DNA of 64,000 nucleotides from Patescibacteria group bacterium (GCA_034716415.1 JAYEJB010000059.1:68-64067); one strand, 5' to 3'. Positions 47,601 through 57,333 are shown, counted from the stretch's first letter. Notes: generated from the letters alone by a model not told the origin. A program made the numbers and translations.

Positions 47601-49004
47601 CGGACACGGTCCGCAATTTCCGAACTGACTGCCGCAGTCTCCGTCAGCACAGTCCGTATCGCTGTCACCGTCGTCATCGAAGCTGTTAGCACATTTCTGG
47701 TATCGCTCGACGATGTCGAATTCCTTCTCGTAACAGATGAGCACTCCGTTATCCATACCGACACAGTCCGGATCCGCGCAGTTGAACAGCCCATCCAGGT
47801 CGTCGTCCAGGGTGTTGAAGCACTGTAGATCAGCGTCGCCCCCGGCCGCGTCACGATGCTCCTGCGACGGACAAGCAGGATCACCGGCACAGTCGTAGTC
47901 GCTACAGTCACGCCCGGTCAACGGATTGGCGTCCCACGCGGAATCGAAAGGACTGTCCTCGTCGTTATCCACCCCATCAGCGCAAAACCCGGCTTCACTG
48001 TCCAAACAGCCGTATGCCACCTGTTTCCAGCACGTCCGCGCGGGATTTCCGACCGGATTGGCGGAAACGTTGTCCACGCAATCAATCAGGCCGTCACCGT
48101 CGTTATCGAACGTATCGCCGCACGTCGCGGCTCCCCACTCATTCTCGAATTGGCAATTCGCTAAAGGTGCCAGCCTTCCCGGAAGGCCGTCGCAGCTGTC
48201 ATCCTGGCAGTCGGTCAGACCATCGCCGTCATTATCGAAACCGTCGGTGCAGGTCACCTCGGGATCCTCGCAAATCGAACCGTCGGCGACCCGACCGATT
48301 TCGCCCGTACACACCGCCGCGTCGAGACAATCGCCGTAAAAATTGATGTCGTTGTCCACAGTGTCGGCGCACGGATCGCTCATGCCGGCAATCGCGCCCC
48401 ACACCTCGCTCTCGTCGCCGTTCGACGGGGCGTTGGTATCGACGTAAAAATCGAGAAGACTTTTGCTACCTCCTTCACCATTCTGGAAAACCGAAATATC
48501 AAAATTATACGCACCTTCGGCCAAACCGGAGAATGTCACGGTCAGCACCTGATCGACGATACAACCGATACAACCGTCGGCGTCGAGCCGCTCATAAGCC
48601 GTCTGCGCGGGATTGATATCCTCACTCGGCAGGAATACGGCGCCGTTCGTGGGATTGGCGTACTTGTCCCAACTATCGAAAGCCGGAAGGCTGTGGATAA
48701 TATGCGAAATCAACGTGGCTTCGCTGTAGACACCTCCATTAAGGCGAATTTTCAGGGTTCCGTTGGGCCTGATGTGCTCCGTATAGGCATAATTGATGGT
48801 CTGTCCGCCGACCACGAATGAGCCGACGCAGACGTTGCCGGGGCAAGGGGTGGGTGAGACGGTCGCTCGTGCATCGGTCGGCATGAACAACAAGAAAGTC
48901 ATCAGAATCAAACCGCATAACGGGAACAGCGGGAAGGAGCGGGAAGGAGCGGGAAAAGAGCTTCTTTTCCCGCTGTTCCCGCTGTTCCCGCTATATTGAC
49001 TCAT
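44658..49004 (-). CDS. Giant Cys/Asp-rich secreted protein (1448 aa), putative adhesin
   Basis: About 10 C.D..DNDGDG..DC.D.DC repeats, a TSP3-like DNC..LANPSQ.D.D.NGVG motif, C-terminal PWLET..G...YDGR...PPPGF domain. Confidence 0.88.
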   Translation of the reverse strand: MSQYSGNSGNSGKRSSFPAPSRSFPLFPLCGLILMTFLLFMPTDARATVSPTPCPGNVCVGSFVVGGQTINYAYTEHIRPNGTLKIRLNGGVYSEATLISHIIHSLPAFDSWDKYANPTNGAVFLPSEDINPAQTAYERLDADGCIGCIVDQVLTVTFSGLAEGAYNFDISVFQNGEGGSKSLLDFYVDTNAPSNGDESEVWGAIAGMSDPCADTVDNDINFYGDCLDAAVCTGEIGRVADGSICEDPEVTCTDGFDNDGDGLTDCQDDSCDGLPGRLAPLANCQFENEWGAATCGDTFDNDGDGLIDCVDNVSANPVGNPARTCWKQVAYGCLDSEAGFCADGVDNDEDSPFDSAWDANPLTGRDCSDYDCAGDPACPSQEHRDAAGGDADLQCFNTLDDDLDGLFNCADPDCVGMDNGVLICYEKEFDIVERYQKCANSFDDDGDSDTDCADGDCGSQFGNCGPCPSREDVVYGSCADSQDNDNDGDTDCVDPDCQVGGPGPDASLGYLGHAARCGATENSADMCQDLFDNDGDGDTDCADGDCAGFAQCSASENTLVMCGDVYDNDGDGLIDCVDPDCWGVVGACAAKSWTDAVCQIVPRLGPFSAFAGIDPTVTAAATEATHVNSTDIIRLIGAGNYSSLTIVIGDNTNPADYYPYAQPKTAGSPCVLAGTNSAKLDFIAVPGHVVQIFNLAGQTVDGFDLTFTCPTTAIPTPLQDYPISISVLKLPGDVPEYGDEVFDYTLFEGTPPIVSDVEAEGESPAGTIRVGRAEGRRFRAIAQDPGVGLDTSGICACTVTVDGIDYDTPDSDCVTGPIQFFDDGVVPVTAFAEDGVNNVGAASPVQNFTINVTPEVVDQLIAYPADGIITSAPFFRTNKHTLALDRTEFLTAASGNFNPNCEVLIRDKFGAVMDGPLNTTSFVGLPAGNSLICENLSLDLSTLTGWPYADGEYFVTFRATDEDGDTVESNRQVMYVCNSTPAPGDPEDVCSWADFDRDGAAEALYTTLYWTSHQACDNCVNLANPSQDDEDANGVGEQCEPGACGPPESHTGRCEVDRDYICGYNSDDAVCPGNTWCCPDTGPVQECKCPWGLCLYGGQVCFDDPECKYCDNDLSIGCITDNDCVLAGVGGLCDGSGGFGLCAGDGTTACKRDADCAAATVDGPCLGANICDNLMFPWLETTYGNVFSGKKIYAPEDPPSAKFNATYCIIAKSSILNFTSELCSEEADSTVDFVRPKQENAYATILGRIDVNGLLAGRYGDVTTVTSAELEATLTTMGNPLNGRVIAVTDGGDATIGAHTFANGALSNKGDGTILIVGGDLYITGDMDYGPGTVSRLSQLASVGWIVLPAADGSKGHVFIDQGVQALVGAFFVGGNEGIYTVTPPVPASETPLTVYGLAIARKFHFKRNLRSVDMGSERFIYDGRAVVNPPPGFEDIGKSLPVITDTP

Positions 49005-50569
49005 AGCTTCGTCACATCATCATTCGCGTCACAACACAGGTCTCCCGCTTGATATCCGGGCGCGAAACAATCATCGATTTCGCTCACGTCAAATTCCGCG
49101 GCACTGGTGCAATCGCAATCGTAATAACCGTCATGATCGTCACCGTAAGCGCACTCCGCGCCGTTTACAATATGGAAGATGCCGCTGCTCTCGGAAACGG
49201 GTTGTCGGGTGCAACATAGATCACCGAGTTCATACGTGACTTCCGAACAATCGGCGATGCCGTCGCCGCCCATACCCCAGACGCATTCAGTCCGCGGCCT
49301 GGTCTGACAACGGTAGGAGATGCCCTGGCAATAACGATCGGCGCAGTCGATCTGACCGTTACCGTCGTTGTCGATACCGTCGTGACAGTCGCCCTCAATC
49401 GGCACGCCCCGCCGCATGACAAGCGAAAAGGAGGCGTCACCGGTGAAGTCGCACCAGGCGGCGTTGTTGAAATAACTGGCCGGAAAACCTGAATTGCAAC
49501 GTAATGCCTTGTATTGGTCGTCGCCCAGATCCAGCCCGGACCAGTTATTGGAGTGCGTGAAGATCGGCCACTTGCGTATCTTCTCGCGCAGGGTGAGCCG
49601 ACAAAATCCCGCCGCTTCGTCGCAGAACCGTTGCGCCGCACAGTCCGCATCAGTGACGCACGCATCCGCGGTCAGGATGCTGCCGATACGACAGCCGTCG
49701 ATGAACCAAAGCTGATCCGGATCCACGAAATCGGCGGGCTGCATCACGTATTCGAGATAGTCGTAGTCGTCACGAACCACATCCGGCATGACCTTGCTCA
49801 ACTTCCGGGTCGATGCGTCCGGAACGCTGATATCGCACTCCAGAAGCGCGTCCTTCGGCGCGAACAGATGATCGAAACCGATTCGGAAAGCGGTCAAGTG
49901 CGTACCCACGAGACCAGGATTGTCAGGTTCGTACACCCCCTCCGGACGCAAGACGATACCTAACGACGAAACAGTCCATCTCGTTTCCGCGTAACTGGAG
50001 TCCACCCAGCCCGCACCGGTATCCGCGTCGGTCATACCCCAGGCCCAGTTGTCGTTGAAAGCGCCTTTGTCGAAGACGCCGTTCGTGGTGTCGAGTGATA
50101 CATGATAGTTGGATGACGCGCATTCGGCCAGATTCTCGCAATTCAACGATATCCAACCGTCATCTCCGAGCGAATCGATCTTGGCCCAGCCCCAGAGCTG
50201 GTCCTGTTTACCACCGAAATCGTCACGGAACTGCGCGTATGAAGCGCCACCTTCGGGCGTAGTGCCGCCACAAGTCGTGCCGAAACAGACCCAGCCCATG
50301 GTTTCTGACCAGGCCCAGCCGGTCATGTCGGCCCAACCGAAGAAGCCAGCCGTGTCGGTGAGCGTGACACCATAATCGATGGTCGCGCAGGTCGCTGTAT
50401 TGGTGCAGTTCAGGGAAATCCAGCCGATCGTCCCGGACCAAAGCCAGCCGTAGACGTTGTCCGCGAGACCCGCAAACGCGGGCTTGGGCGTGAACAACGC
50501 AAACGAAGCGACCATCACCGCGATAGCCACCAAAATGCGCGTATTGTAACGACGCGCGTGTATATCCAT
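49001..50569 (-). CDS. Secreted protein with GW(A)WS..GW repeats and a Cys-rich C-terminus
   Basis: Signal peptide; GWLWSGTIGWISLNC and GWAWSETMGWVCF repeats; DGIDNDGNGQIDCAD. Confidence 0.87.
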   Translation of the reverse strand: MDIHARRYNTRILVAIAVMVASFALFTPKPAFAGLADNVYGWLWSGTIGWISLNCTNTATCATIDYGVTLTDTAGFFGWADMTGWAWSETMGWVCFGTTCGGTTPEGGASYAQFRDDFGGKQDQLWGWAKIDSLGDDGWISLNCENLAECASSNYHVSLDTTNGVFDKGAFNDNWAWGMTDADTGAGWVDSSYAETRWTVSSLGIVLRPEGVYEPDNPGLVGTHLTAFRIGFDHLFAPKDALLECDISVPDASTRKLSKVMPDVVRDDYDYLEYVMQPADFVDPDQLWFIDGCRIGSILTADACVTDADCAAQRFCDEAAGFCRLTLREKIRKWPIFTHSNNWSGLDLGDDQYKALRCNSGFPASYFNNAAWCDFTGDASFSLVMRRGVPIEGDCHDGIDNDGNGQIDCADRYCQGISYRCQTRPRTECVWGMGGDGIADCSEVTYELGDLCCTRQPVSESSGIFHIVNGAECAYGDDHDGYYDCDCTSAAEFDVSEIDDCFAPGYQAGDLCCDANDDVTKL

Positions 50570-50668
50570 ATTCGGATGGATTATACCACTGAAAATAAGC
50601 GTGCGCCACGCTTTCCGTGGATAAAAAAAGACCGACAGCTGACGGCCTTATTGTTGACGCGTAATTCA

Positions 50669-51130
50669 CTACCAACGCGCGATGATCCGAAAAAGGTGAC
50701 CTTCGCCCTCGATCCAGTCGTCGTCCCGATTTATATGAGGACAGAGCCGACTGTCGACAGCGAACTGCCAGACAGTTGCCGCGTATCCTTTGGCAAAGGG
50801 TTCAATAGGCCAGCTCTCATCGAACTGACTGAACTCCTTCAGGTAGGTCCCGAGCTGGGCCCGAAATCGAGCTATTTCCAGATCATGCGTGTCTTCGTCC
50901 ACTGCGACCGCCCTGAGCTTGACCCTGATATCATCAAGCTCTGCCCGGGCCTGTTTGACACCGTCATCATAGAGACGCTGATCCTCTTCGGCCTGCTTTG
51001 CCTCCTCCTCTAGGCGCATCTCTTCCGCCTCCTGCTCCAGCGGAGACAATTCAGCCCAGGCTTTCTTCTTGTTGCGTTTGTCCCTCGCTCTTGACCGGAT
51101 GCCCCTCAACTCACTACCGAGATCTTCCAC
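50669..51130 (-). CDS. Hypothetical coiled-coil protein
   Basis: GTG start after AGGAGG; charged helical sequence. Confidence 0.6.
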   Translation of the reverse strand: MEDLGSELRGIRSRARDKRNKKKAWAELSPLEQEAEEMRLEEEAKQAEEDQRLYDDGVKQARAELDDIRVKLRAVAVDEDTHDLEIARFRAQLGTYLKEFSQFDESWPIEPFAKGYAATVWQFAVDSRLCPHINRDDDWIEGEGHLFRIIARW

Positions 51131-51289
51131 GTGCACCCTCCTAAAAATGAACTCTGATGAACATGACCTTATCACAGGGAAAAGAAAAAACCAGCCTGAG
51201 CCAGTCATGCCTGAAACACCCGCGGAAGAAGGTCGTGCCCTTCAGGGAAGGCTTCGGCATGACCAGGCCCCGACCTGTCTTGAACGTGG

Positions 51290-51694
51290 TCAATGTCCGC
51301 GATCCATGGCGTCGTTGGCCAAACGATCGGCGCGCTTATTCTGTTCGCGGCGGATGTGCGTGAAAGTCGCCTTACGAAACGCACAACGCAGGTTGTGCAC
51401 TTTCAGGTACAGCTTGGCGAGTTCAGGATCCTTAACCTTGTACTCTCCGTTCAGCTGGCGTACGACGAGTTCCGAATCAAGATAGCAGTCGACCTCCTCG
51501 CCATCACGGTTCTTGGCATGCTCCAACGCGTCGATCAGCGCGGTGTACTCGGCCTGATTATTGGTAGCCTCGCCGAGATAGCGCGAATGTTCGAGAACGG
51601 TGTTCCCCTCCTCGTCTTCGATAAGCACTCCGATGCCGGCCGGACCGGGATTCCCGCGAGCGCCACCGTCGGTGTGTATAATTAATTTACGCAT
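51290..51694 (-). CDS. rnhA: Ribonuclease HI family protein
   Basis: TDGGARGNPGPAG, TNNQAEY, DSELVV.Q, REQN..AD.LAN. Confidence 0.93.
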   Translation of the reverse strand: MRKLIIHTDGGARGNPGPAGIGVLIEDEEGNTVLEHSRYLGEATNNQAEYTALIDALEHAKNRDGEEVDCYLDSELVVRQLNGEYKVKDPELAKLYLKVHNLRCAFRKATFTHIRREQNKRADRLANDAMDRGH

Positions 51695-51797
51695 ACTGAT
51701 TCCATGTATCACTTGCTAAGTCCATCTTGCTACCTCACGTCAGCGGGAACCGCTCCCATTCGGTCGCTAGGCGGGGACCGCCAGGCATTCGCCCGGT

Positions 51798-53615
51798 TTA
51801 GCGGGGATCACTCGCATCGCTCGCTAGCCGGGAAAGAACTTTCTCCCCCCGTTTCTCCCCGCTTTCCCCGCTTTCCCCGCTGGGTTTTACATCCACCAGC
51901 CTCAATTGAATACTCTTCGATCCGTTCCACTCATTCACCCCCACTTCCGCGACCGCGTCAATCGCACTGCCGGGCGTAAATTCCGACATGCGCTCCGTCA
52001 TACCGAATCCTATCATCTTGAACTCCTTCGGTGCATCTCCCTTGACGCCGACGCGGACATGTTTGCCGTCCTTGCCGACCGGATACAGGGAGTTCAACAT
52101 CAGGTTATGGAACATGAACAGCGGCTTCGGGTTGCTTTGACCGAATGGTTCGAACTTCTCCAGTTCGTTCACCAGTTCCCAGGTCACCTGGCTTGTCTTC
52201 AACTCACACTCAACCCGAAGTGTCGGACGCAAATCCGCACCATCGAGCTTCTTGGCCGCGCACTCCCCGGCGATGCGGATGAACTCGTTCAAGTTCTCGT
52301 CGCCCTCGATGGTCAGGCCGCATGCTTCCGGATGACCGCCGTATCGCGCCAGCACATCACTCGCCTCGTTCAACAGTTCCATGACGTCGAACTCCGGGAT
52401 ACTGCGCCCGCTGCCGACAATGTGATCCTTCTGTCTGCAGAGCACGAACGCCGGCATGCCGAGTTCGGTGACAAGCTTTCCGGCGACGATGCCGACGATC
52501 CCGGCGGACCAGCCGTCACCGACGACCACCTGGACCTTCTTCGACGGATCGACCATCTTTTTCGCCTTCCTGAACATCTCCTCGGTCCGTTTCTGTCGCT
52601 CGGCATTGCATAGGTTGAGTTTCTGCGCCAATTCCTGCGCCTCCTCGTCACTCTTCGCCATCACGGTGTCGAGCGCCAGATCGGCATGATCCATGCGCGA
52701 CGCGGCGTTGATGCGCGGACCGATGTAATAACCGACGGAAACGGTATCGAGCTGGCCTGGCTCGAGTCCGGCCGCTTCGATGAGCCTCTTCAACCCCGGT
52801 CGTCGGGTCTTGTTCAGCACGATGAGTCCATATTTCTCCAAAGTCCGATTTTCACCCAAGAGAGGCATGATATCAGTCACCGTGGCGATCGCCACCAGGT
52901 CCAACAGCCACTTCTCACGCCCTTCCGGCACCTCGACACCACTCCTTCTGGCGTAATCCAGAAACGCGGCCGCGAACTTGAAAGCGACACCCGCCGCGGC
53001 AAGTCCCTTGAACGGATACTTCTCCCCGGGCGCGAGCGGATGGATGATGGTGCATTCCGGCACCTTCTCCGAAACCTGATGATGATCGACTACGATAGCG
53101 TCCATCCCCAGCTCCTTGACCCGCGCGATCTCATCGGCGTTCGAGATGCCGCAGTCGACGGTCACCAACAGGTTGTTGCCGTCGGCGGCGAGTTTCTTCA
53201 CGGTATCCATGTTCAATCCGTACCCTTCGTGCTCCCGATGCGGGATGTAACTGGTGAACGCCTCTGAATCACCGCCGACCTCTTGGGCGATCTCCCGAAA
53301 GACCGAGAGCAGTATCGCCGTTCCCGTGACTCCATCCGCGTCATAGTCACCGTGGATGACCACTTTTTCGCGACGGGTCGCGGCGTTCCAGACACGCGCG
53401 CAGGCCTCTTCCATCTCCCGGAAAATGAACGGATCATGCAGGTCCTGCCCGTAATCGGGCAGGAGGAACTCGTCGATCTCCTGTTGGGTCGTGATTCCCC
53501 TGTTCGCCAACAACTGCACCGTTACGGGGTGCAGTTCCGGAAAACCATCACGTAGCGCAGCCGAGACCGGCTCCGCGTTTTTCCATTTCTTTTCCTTCAT
53601 TCGTGGTAACGGCAA
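51798..53615 (-). CDS. recJ: ssDNA exonuclease RecJ
   Basis: GDYDADG, TVDCG, DHH, PRINAASR, GSGRS, GGH. Confidence 0.96.
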   Translation of the reverse strand: MPLPRMKEKKWKNAEPVSAALRDGFPELHPVTVQLLANRGITTQQEIDEFLLPDYGQDLHDPFIFREMEEACARVWNAATRREKVVIHGDYDADGVTGTAILLSVFREIAQEVGGDSEAFTSYIPHREHEGYGLNMDTVKKLAADGNNLLVTVDCGISNADEIARVKELGMDAIVVDHHQVSEKVPECTIIHPLAPGEKYPFKGLAAAGVAFKFAAAFLDYARRSGVEVPEGREKWLLDLVAIATVTDIMPLLGENRTLEKYGLIVLNKTRRPGLKRLIEAAGLEPGQLDTVSVGYYIGPRINAASRMDHADLALDTVMAKSDEEAQELAQKLNLCNAERQKRTEEMFRKAKKMVDPSKKVQVVVGDGWSAGIVGIVAGKLVTELGMPAFVLCRQKDHIVGSGRSIPEFDVMELLNEASDVLARYGGHPEACGLTIEGDENLNEFIRIAGECAAKKLDGADLRPTLRVECELKTSQVTWELVNELEKFEPFGQSNPKPLFMFHNLMLNSLYPVGKDGKHVRVGVKGDAPKEFKMIGFGMTERMSEFTPGSAIDAVAEVGVNEWNGSKSIQLRLVDVKPSGESGESGEKRGEKVLSRLASDASDPR

Positions 53616-53685
53616 GACTTGTCCCTGCTTCTCTGGCGAATCCGCAAAGGCAGGGATAGACCCTGCTACTACGATGTGTCATCGA

Positions 53686-53811
53686 TCAGAACATGGATAA
53701 CCCCGGCGCGACGGTAAAGACGATCATCGACAACACCGCGCAGACCGAGATGACGATCCAGCCGAACCTCTTCAACTGACGCCGACGAATTTTTCTGTTG
53801 AATATTTTCAT
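53686..53811 (-). CDS. Small single-pass membrane protein (41 aa), below the ORF-track cutoff
   Basis: MKIFNRKIRRRQLKRFGWIVISVCAVLSMIVFTVAPGLSMF*: basic N-terminus plus TM helix. Confidence 0.6.
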   Translation of the reverse strand: MKIFNRKIRRRQLKRFGWIVISVCAVLSMIVFTVAPGLSMF

Positions 53812-53815
53812 ATCG

Positions 53816-53886
53816 GAGTTAAAAAGCTAAAAAGTTTAACAGCTTAACAGCTTTTGGACTTTTTGGCTGTTAGGCTTTTAAGCTTT
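53816..53886. repeat. Inverted 8-mer array after lepA
   Basis: AAAAGCTA AAAAGTTT AACAGCTT AACAGCTT TTGGACTT TTTGGCTG TTAGGCTT TTAAGCTT. Confidence 0.78.
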
Positions 53887-55690
53887 ATCTCTTCAAAACA
53901 GCTATATACGCCTCGGGCGGTATATCCACCTTGCCGCCTTTGCCCATGCGCTTCTTGCCTTTCTTCTGCTTCTCCAGCAGTTTCTGCTTCCGTGACACGT
54001 CACCACCATAGAGACCTGCCGTGACATCCTTGCGGTATGGCGCTATGCGCGACGACGCGATGATCTTACCTCCCACCGCGGCCTGGATGCGGATCTCGAA
54101 CTGTTGGCGCGGCAGGTTCTCTTTCAGGCGATCCACGATGCGCCGCCCTTCGCGCTGCGCGGCATCATTATAGACGATAAGCGAGAGCGACTCGACCGGC
54201 TCGGCATTGACCAGGATATCCATGCGCACCACCTTGGCCGGACGGTATTCGGTCAGCTCGTAATTCAACGAAGCGTATCCGCTCGTGGCACTCTTCAACT
54301 TATCATAGAAATCCACGAGTATCGACGCGAGCGGCATGTCGTAGTGTATGATGGCGCGGGATTCCTTTCCGCCGGAAGACAGATACTCCGTATTCAGATA
54401 GACGCCGCGGCGTTCCTGCGAAAAAGCCATGACCGCGCCGAGATATTCTTTCGGCGTGACGATATCGGCGCGCACCCACGGTTCGGAGATGGACGAGATG
54501 CGACTCGGGTCCGGCAGGTCGGCCGGACTCTTGGCGATGATCTCCTCGCCATCCGTCTTCGTGACCTCGTAGGCGACAGACGGCAACGTCACGACGATAT
54601 CGAGTCCATGCTCGCGTCGCAGACGCTCTTGAGCGATCTCCAGGTGCAACATGCCGAGGAATCCGCAGCGGAAACCGAAACCGAGCGCGGTCGAGTGTTC
54701 AGGTTCGAAGACGAGCGCCGCGTCGTTCAGCTTGAGCTTGAGCACCGCCTCCCTCAAACGTTCAAAGTCGTTCCCCTCCTTTGGAAATATGCCGGCGAAC
54801 ACCATCGGCCTGACCTCGCGGTAGCCGGAGAGCGACTCCGTGCCCAACTCCTTGAAATCAGCGACGGTGATCGTGTCACCGACGCGACAGTTGTCGATAT
54901 CCTTGAATCCGGTGACCACATAACCGATCTCGCCCGCATCGAGCGCGTCAGCCGCCGACATCTTCGGCAGGAAGTGGCCCGTTTCCGTGATCTCGCCCGA
55001 CGCCAGTGTCGCTACCATCTGGAACTTATTGTCACGTGTCACCGAACCGTCGACCACTCGGACATAAGCCACGACACCGCGATAGGAGTCATAGACCGAA
55101 TCGAAAATAAGCGCGCGGAGCGGCGCGTCCGGATCACCCTCGGGCGGCGACACCTTCTCGACGACCGTTTTCACCAAGCCCTCGACACCTTCACCGGTCT
55201 TGCCGGAAGCGAACAATACGTCTTCCGGTTCACAACCCAAAAGGTCGACTATCTCATCCCTGACCCTGTCGGGTTCCGCGTTCGGCAGGTCCATCTTGTT
55301 AACGACCGGAATGATAGTCAGATTCTCCTCGAGAGCCAGGTACAGGTTACCGATGGTCTGCGCCTGCACGCCTTGCGTCGCGTCCACCAACAGGATCGCG
55401 CCCTCGACCGCAGCCAAGGATCGCGAGACCTCATACGTGAAATCCACGTGTCCAGGAGTGTCGATCAGGTTCAACGTGTACTCATCACCGGAATCAGCCT
55501 TATATCTCATCCTGACAGGCTGTAACTTAATCGTGATACCGCGTTCTCGCTCGAGGTCCATCTGGTCCAGGATCTGCTCTTTCATCTCCCGCTTACTGAT
55601 CGTGCCGGTAAATTCCAAAAGACGGTCGGCCAGAGTCGACTTTCCGTGATCGATATGCGCGATTATGCAGAAATTCCTGATGTTCTTCAT
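53885..55690 (-). CDS. lepA: Elongation factor 4
   Basis: IRNFCIIAHIDHGKSTLADR, GFRCGFLGMLH, GGDVSRKQKLLEKQKKGKKRM. Confidence 0.98.
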   Translation of the reverse strand: MKNIRNFCIIAHIDHGKSTLADRLLEFTGTISKREMKEQILDQMDLERERGITIKLQPVRMRYKADSGDEYTLNLIDTPGHVDFTYEVSRSLAAVEGAILLVDATQGVQAQTIGNLYLALEENLTIIPVVNKMDLPNAEPDRVRDEIVDLLGCEPEDVLFASGKTGEGVEGLVKTVVEKVSPPEGDPDAPLRALIFDSVYDSYRGVVAYVRVVDGSVTRDNKFQMVATLASGEITETGHFLPKMSAADALDAGEIGYVVTGFKDIDNCRVGDTITVADFKELGTESLSGYREVRPMVFAGIFPKEGNDFERLREAVLKLKLNDAALVFEPEHSTALGFGFRCGFLGMLHLEIAQERLRREHGLDIVVTLPSVAYEVTKTDGEEIIAKSPADLPDPSRISSISEPWVRADIVTPKEYLGAVMAFSQERRGVYLNTEYLSSGGKESRAIIHYDMPLASILVDFYDKLKSATSGYASLNYELTEYRPAKVVRMDILVNAEPVESLSLIVYNDAAQREGRRIVDRLKENLPRQQFEIRIQAAVGGKIIASSRIAPYRKDVTAGLYGGDVSRKQKLLEKQKKGKKRMGKGGKVDIPPEAYIAVLKR

Positions 55691-57333
55691 GCGTTTTCCG
55701 TTTCGGATCCATCCGGCGGGGTGATGGTCCTGACCGGCGAGAATCTCGCTCTAGCCATGCCGATCAGCCGCCTCGATTCCTCACTGCCCAGAAGGTACGT
55801 CACGATGAAGTAAACCGCAATACCCGCCGTACCGGCGACCGCTCCCTGCGTGAAGATGCCGAAGAAAGTCTGCATGTCAACGACGCCTCCGAGTGCGGTC
55901 TTGATTCCCTGCACGGTCAGACCCATCGCGACCGCGGCGGCCATCATCACGGAAATCGACTTGAGGATGCGCCGTTCGTCCAAAGCACCGATCAACACGC
56001 GTAACAATACCCACAGCAACGTGATACGCAATGCCGCGCTTATCGAATACGCCAGCACCAGTCCCGACGTTCCCATGCCGAGATCGATCAATTTCCAGGC
56101 GAGCAGACGTTCGAAGACGATACTGGCCGCCGCGACCATGAGCGGAAAACGGACGTTATGAAACGCGAAGAACGTCTTGACGATGAACGGTAGCAGCGCC
56201 TGCGCGAACATGCTGATCGAGAAGAGGGCGAGCGCGTCGGCGGTGTCTACGGTGTTGGCCCAATCGAAGTTGCCGCTACCCAGCACGACACGCACGATCT
56301 GTGCGCGCAACAGCACGAACGCCACGGTCGCGGGAATGACCAGGAACATCACCAGACGCACGATACGCGAGAACTCACGTTTGACACCTTCCTTGTCGCC
56401 GCGCTCCACGAGTTCGGCGATGAACGGAAACGACGCGACCGCGAACGATACACCAAGAACGCCGACCGGCAAGCTCTGAAGATTCAACGCCAAATTGAAG
56501 ACCGCAATGCTGCCGACACCTAATGTCGACGCGATTCCGGTCAGTATTATGAAATTGACATGCTCGAGAGCGACGCTCGCGGTCCGCGGCACCATCATCC
56601 GACCGATCTCCTTCATGCTTTCGTCGCATACACTCGGCCGAAAAGCGAACTTGAAACCGAGCCGCCAGACAGAGATCAGCTGGATGAACATGTGCATGAA
56701 CGAACCGCCGACCACACCGATTACCACGCCGAAAATCCCGAAACGTTCCGCCAACAAGACGATGCCGAGTATGATTCCCAAATTGTAGACGACCGGCGCG
56801 AGCGAATAGACCAGGAAACGTTTGTAGGTCTGTAGTATGCCGGAGAACACCGCGGACAACCCGAGGAAGAACGGCGACAGGAACATCAGCCGTGTCAGCA
56901 GAATGGAAATCTGCTGCTGTTCCGATGTGAAGCCTGATGTGTAGAGCGGTACGAACCACTGCGCGGTCGCGGCTCCGATTACGGAGATCACCGCCAAGAT
57001 GACACCCATGATCGAAATGACACGCGAGGCGAATTCGCTGGACGAATCGCCCATGTGACCGTCTCCGTCCTGGACGACATATCTGGTGAAGACAGGAATG
57101 AACCCCGCACTGATCGCGCCCGCGACAAAAAGGCCGAACATAAAGTCCGGCGCGCGGAAAGCGGCGTAATACGCGTCGAGTTCAGCACCCGCGCCGAAAG
57201 TGCCGGAAAGCAGTCGGTCGCGGAACATCCCCAGGAACTTGCTCAACAGCGTGGCCACGCCTAAAAGCGCGGCCGCCCAGGTGACCGAGCTGCGTATCGC
57301 GCTCTGAAGCCTTTTTCCTGACAGTATCGCCAT
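55687..57333 (-). CDS. murJ: Lipid II flippase
   Basis: LSKFLGMFRD, DAYYAAFR.PD, GAISAGFIPVF; ~14 TM segments. Confidence 0.94.
   Translation of the reverse strand: MAILSGKRLQSAIRSSVTWAAALLGVATLLSKFLGMFRDRLLSGTFGAGAELDAYYAAFRAPDFMFGLFVAGAISAGFIPVFTRYVVQDGDGHMGDSSSEFASRVISIMGVILAVISVIGAATAQWFVPLYTSGFTSEQQQISILLTRLMFLSPFFLGLSAVFSGILQTYKRFLVYSLAPVVYNLGIILGIVLLAERFGIFGVVIGVVGGSFMHMFIQLISVWRLGFKFAFRPSVCDESMKEIGRMMVPRTASVALEHVNFIILTGIASTLGVGSIAVFNLALNLQSLPVGVLGVSFAVASFPFIAELVERGDKEGVKREFSRIVRLVMFLVIPATVAFVLLRAQIVRVVLGSGNFDWANTVDTADALALFSISMFAQALLPFIVKTFFAFHNVRFPLMVAAASIVFERLLAWKLIDLGMGTSGLVLAYSISAALRITLLWVLLRVLIGALDERRILKSISVMMAAAVAMGLTVQGIKTALGGVVDMQTFFGIFTQGAVAGTAGIAVYFIVTYLLGSEESRRLIGMARARFSPVRTITPPDGSETENA

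Noticed and set aside
47300-48360. Repeats in the 1448-aa gene as a second TR/VR pair
   Set aside because: They are diverged coding repeats with no adenine-biased mismatch pattern visible
54104-55525. Long plus-strand ORFs such as the 473-aa one opposite lepA (also opposite recQ, rpoD, ligA, pilC and mgtE)
   Set aside because: Antisense shadows of GC-rich conserved genes with no recognisable motifs
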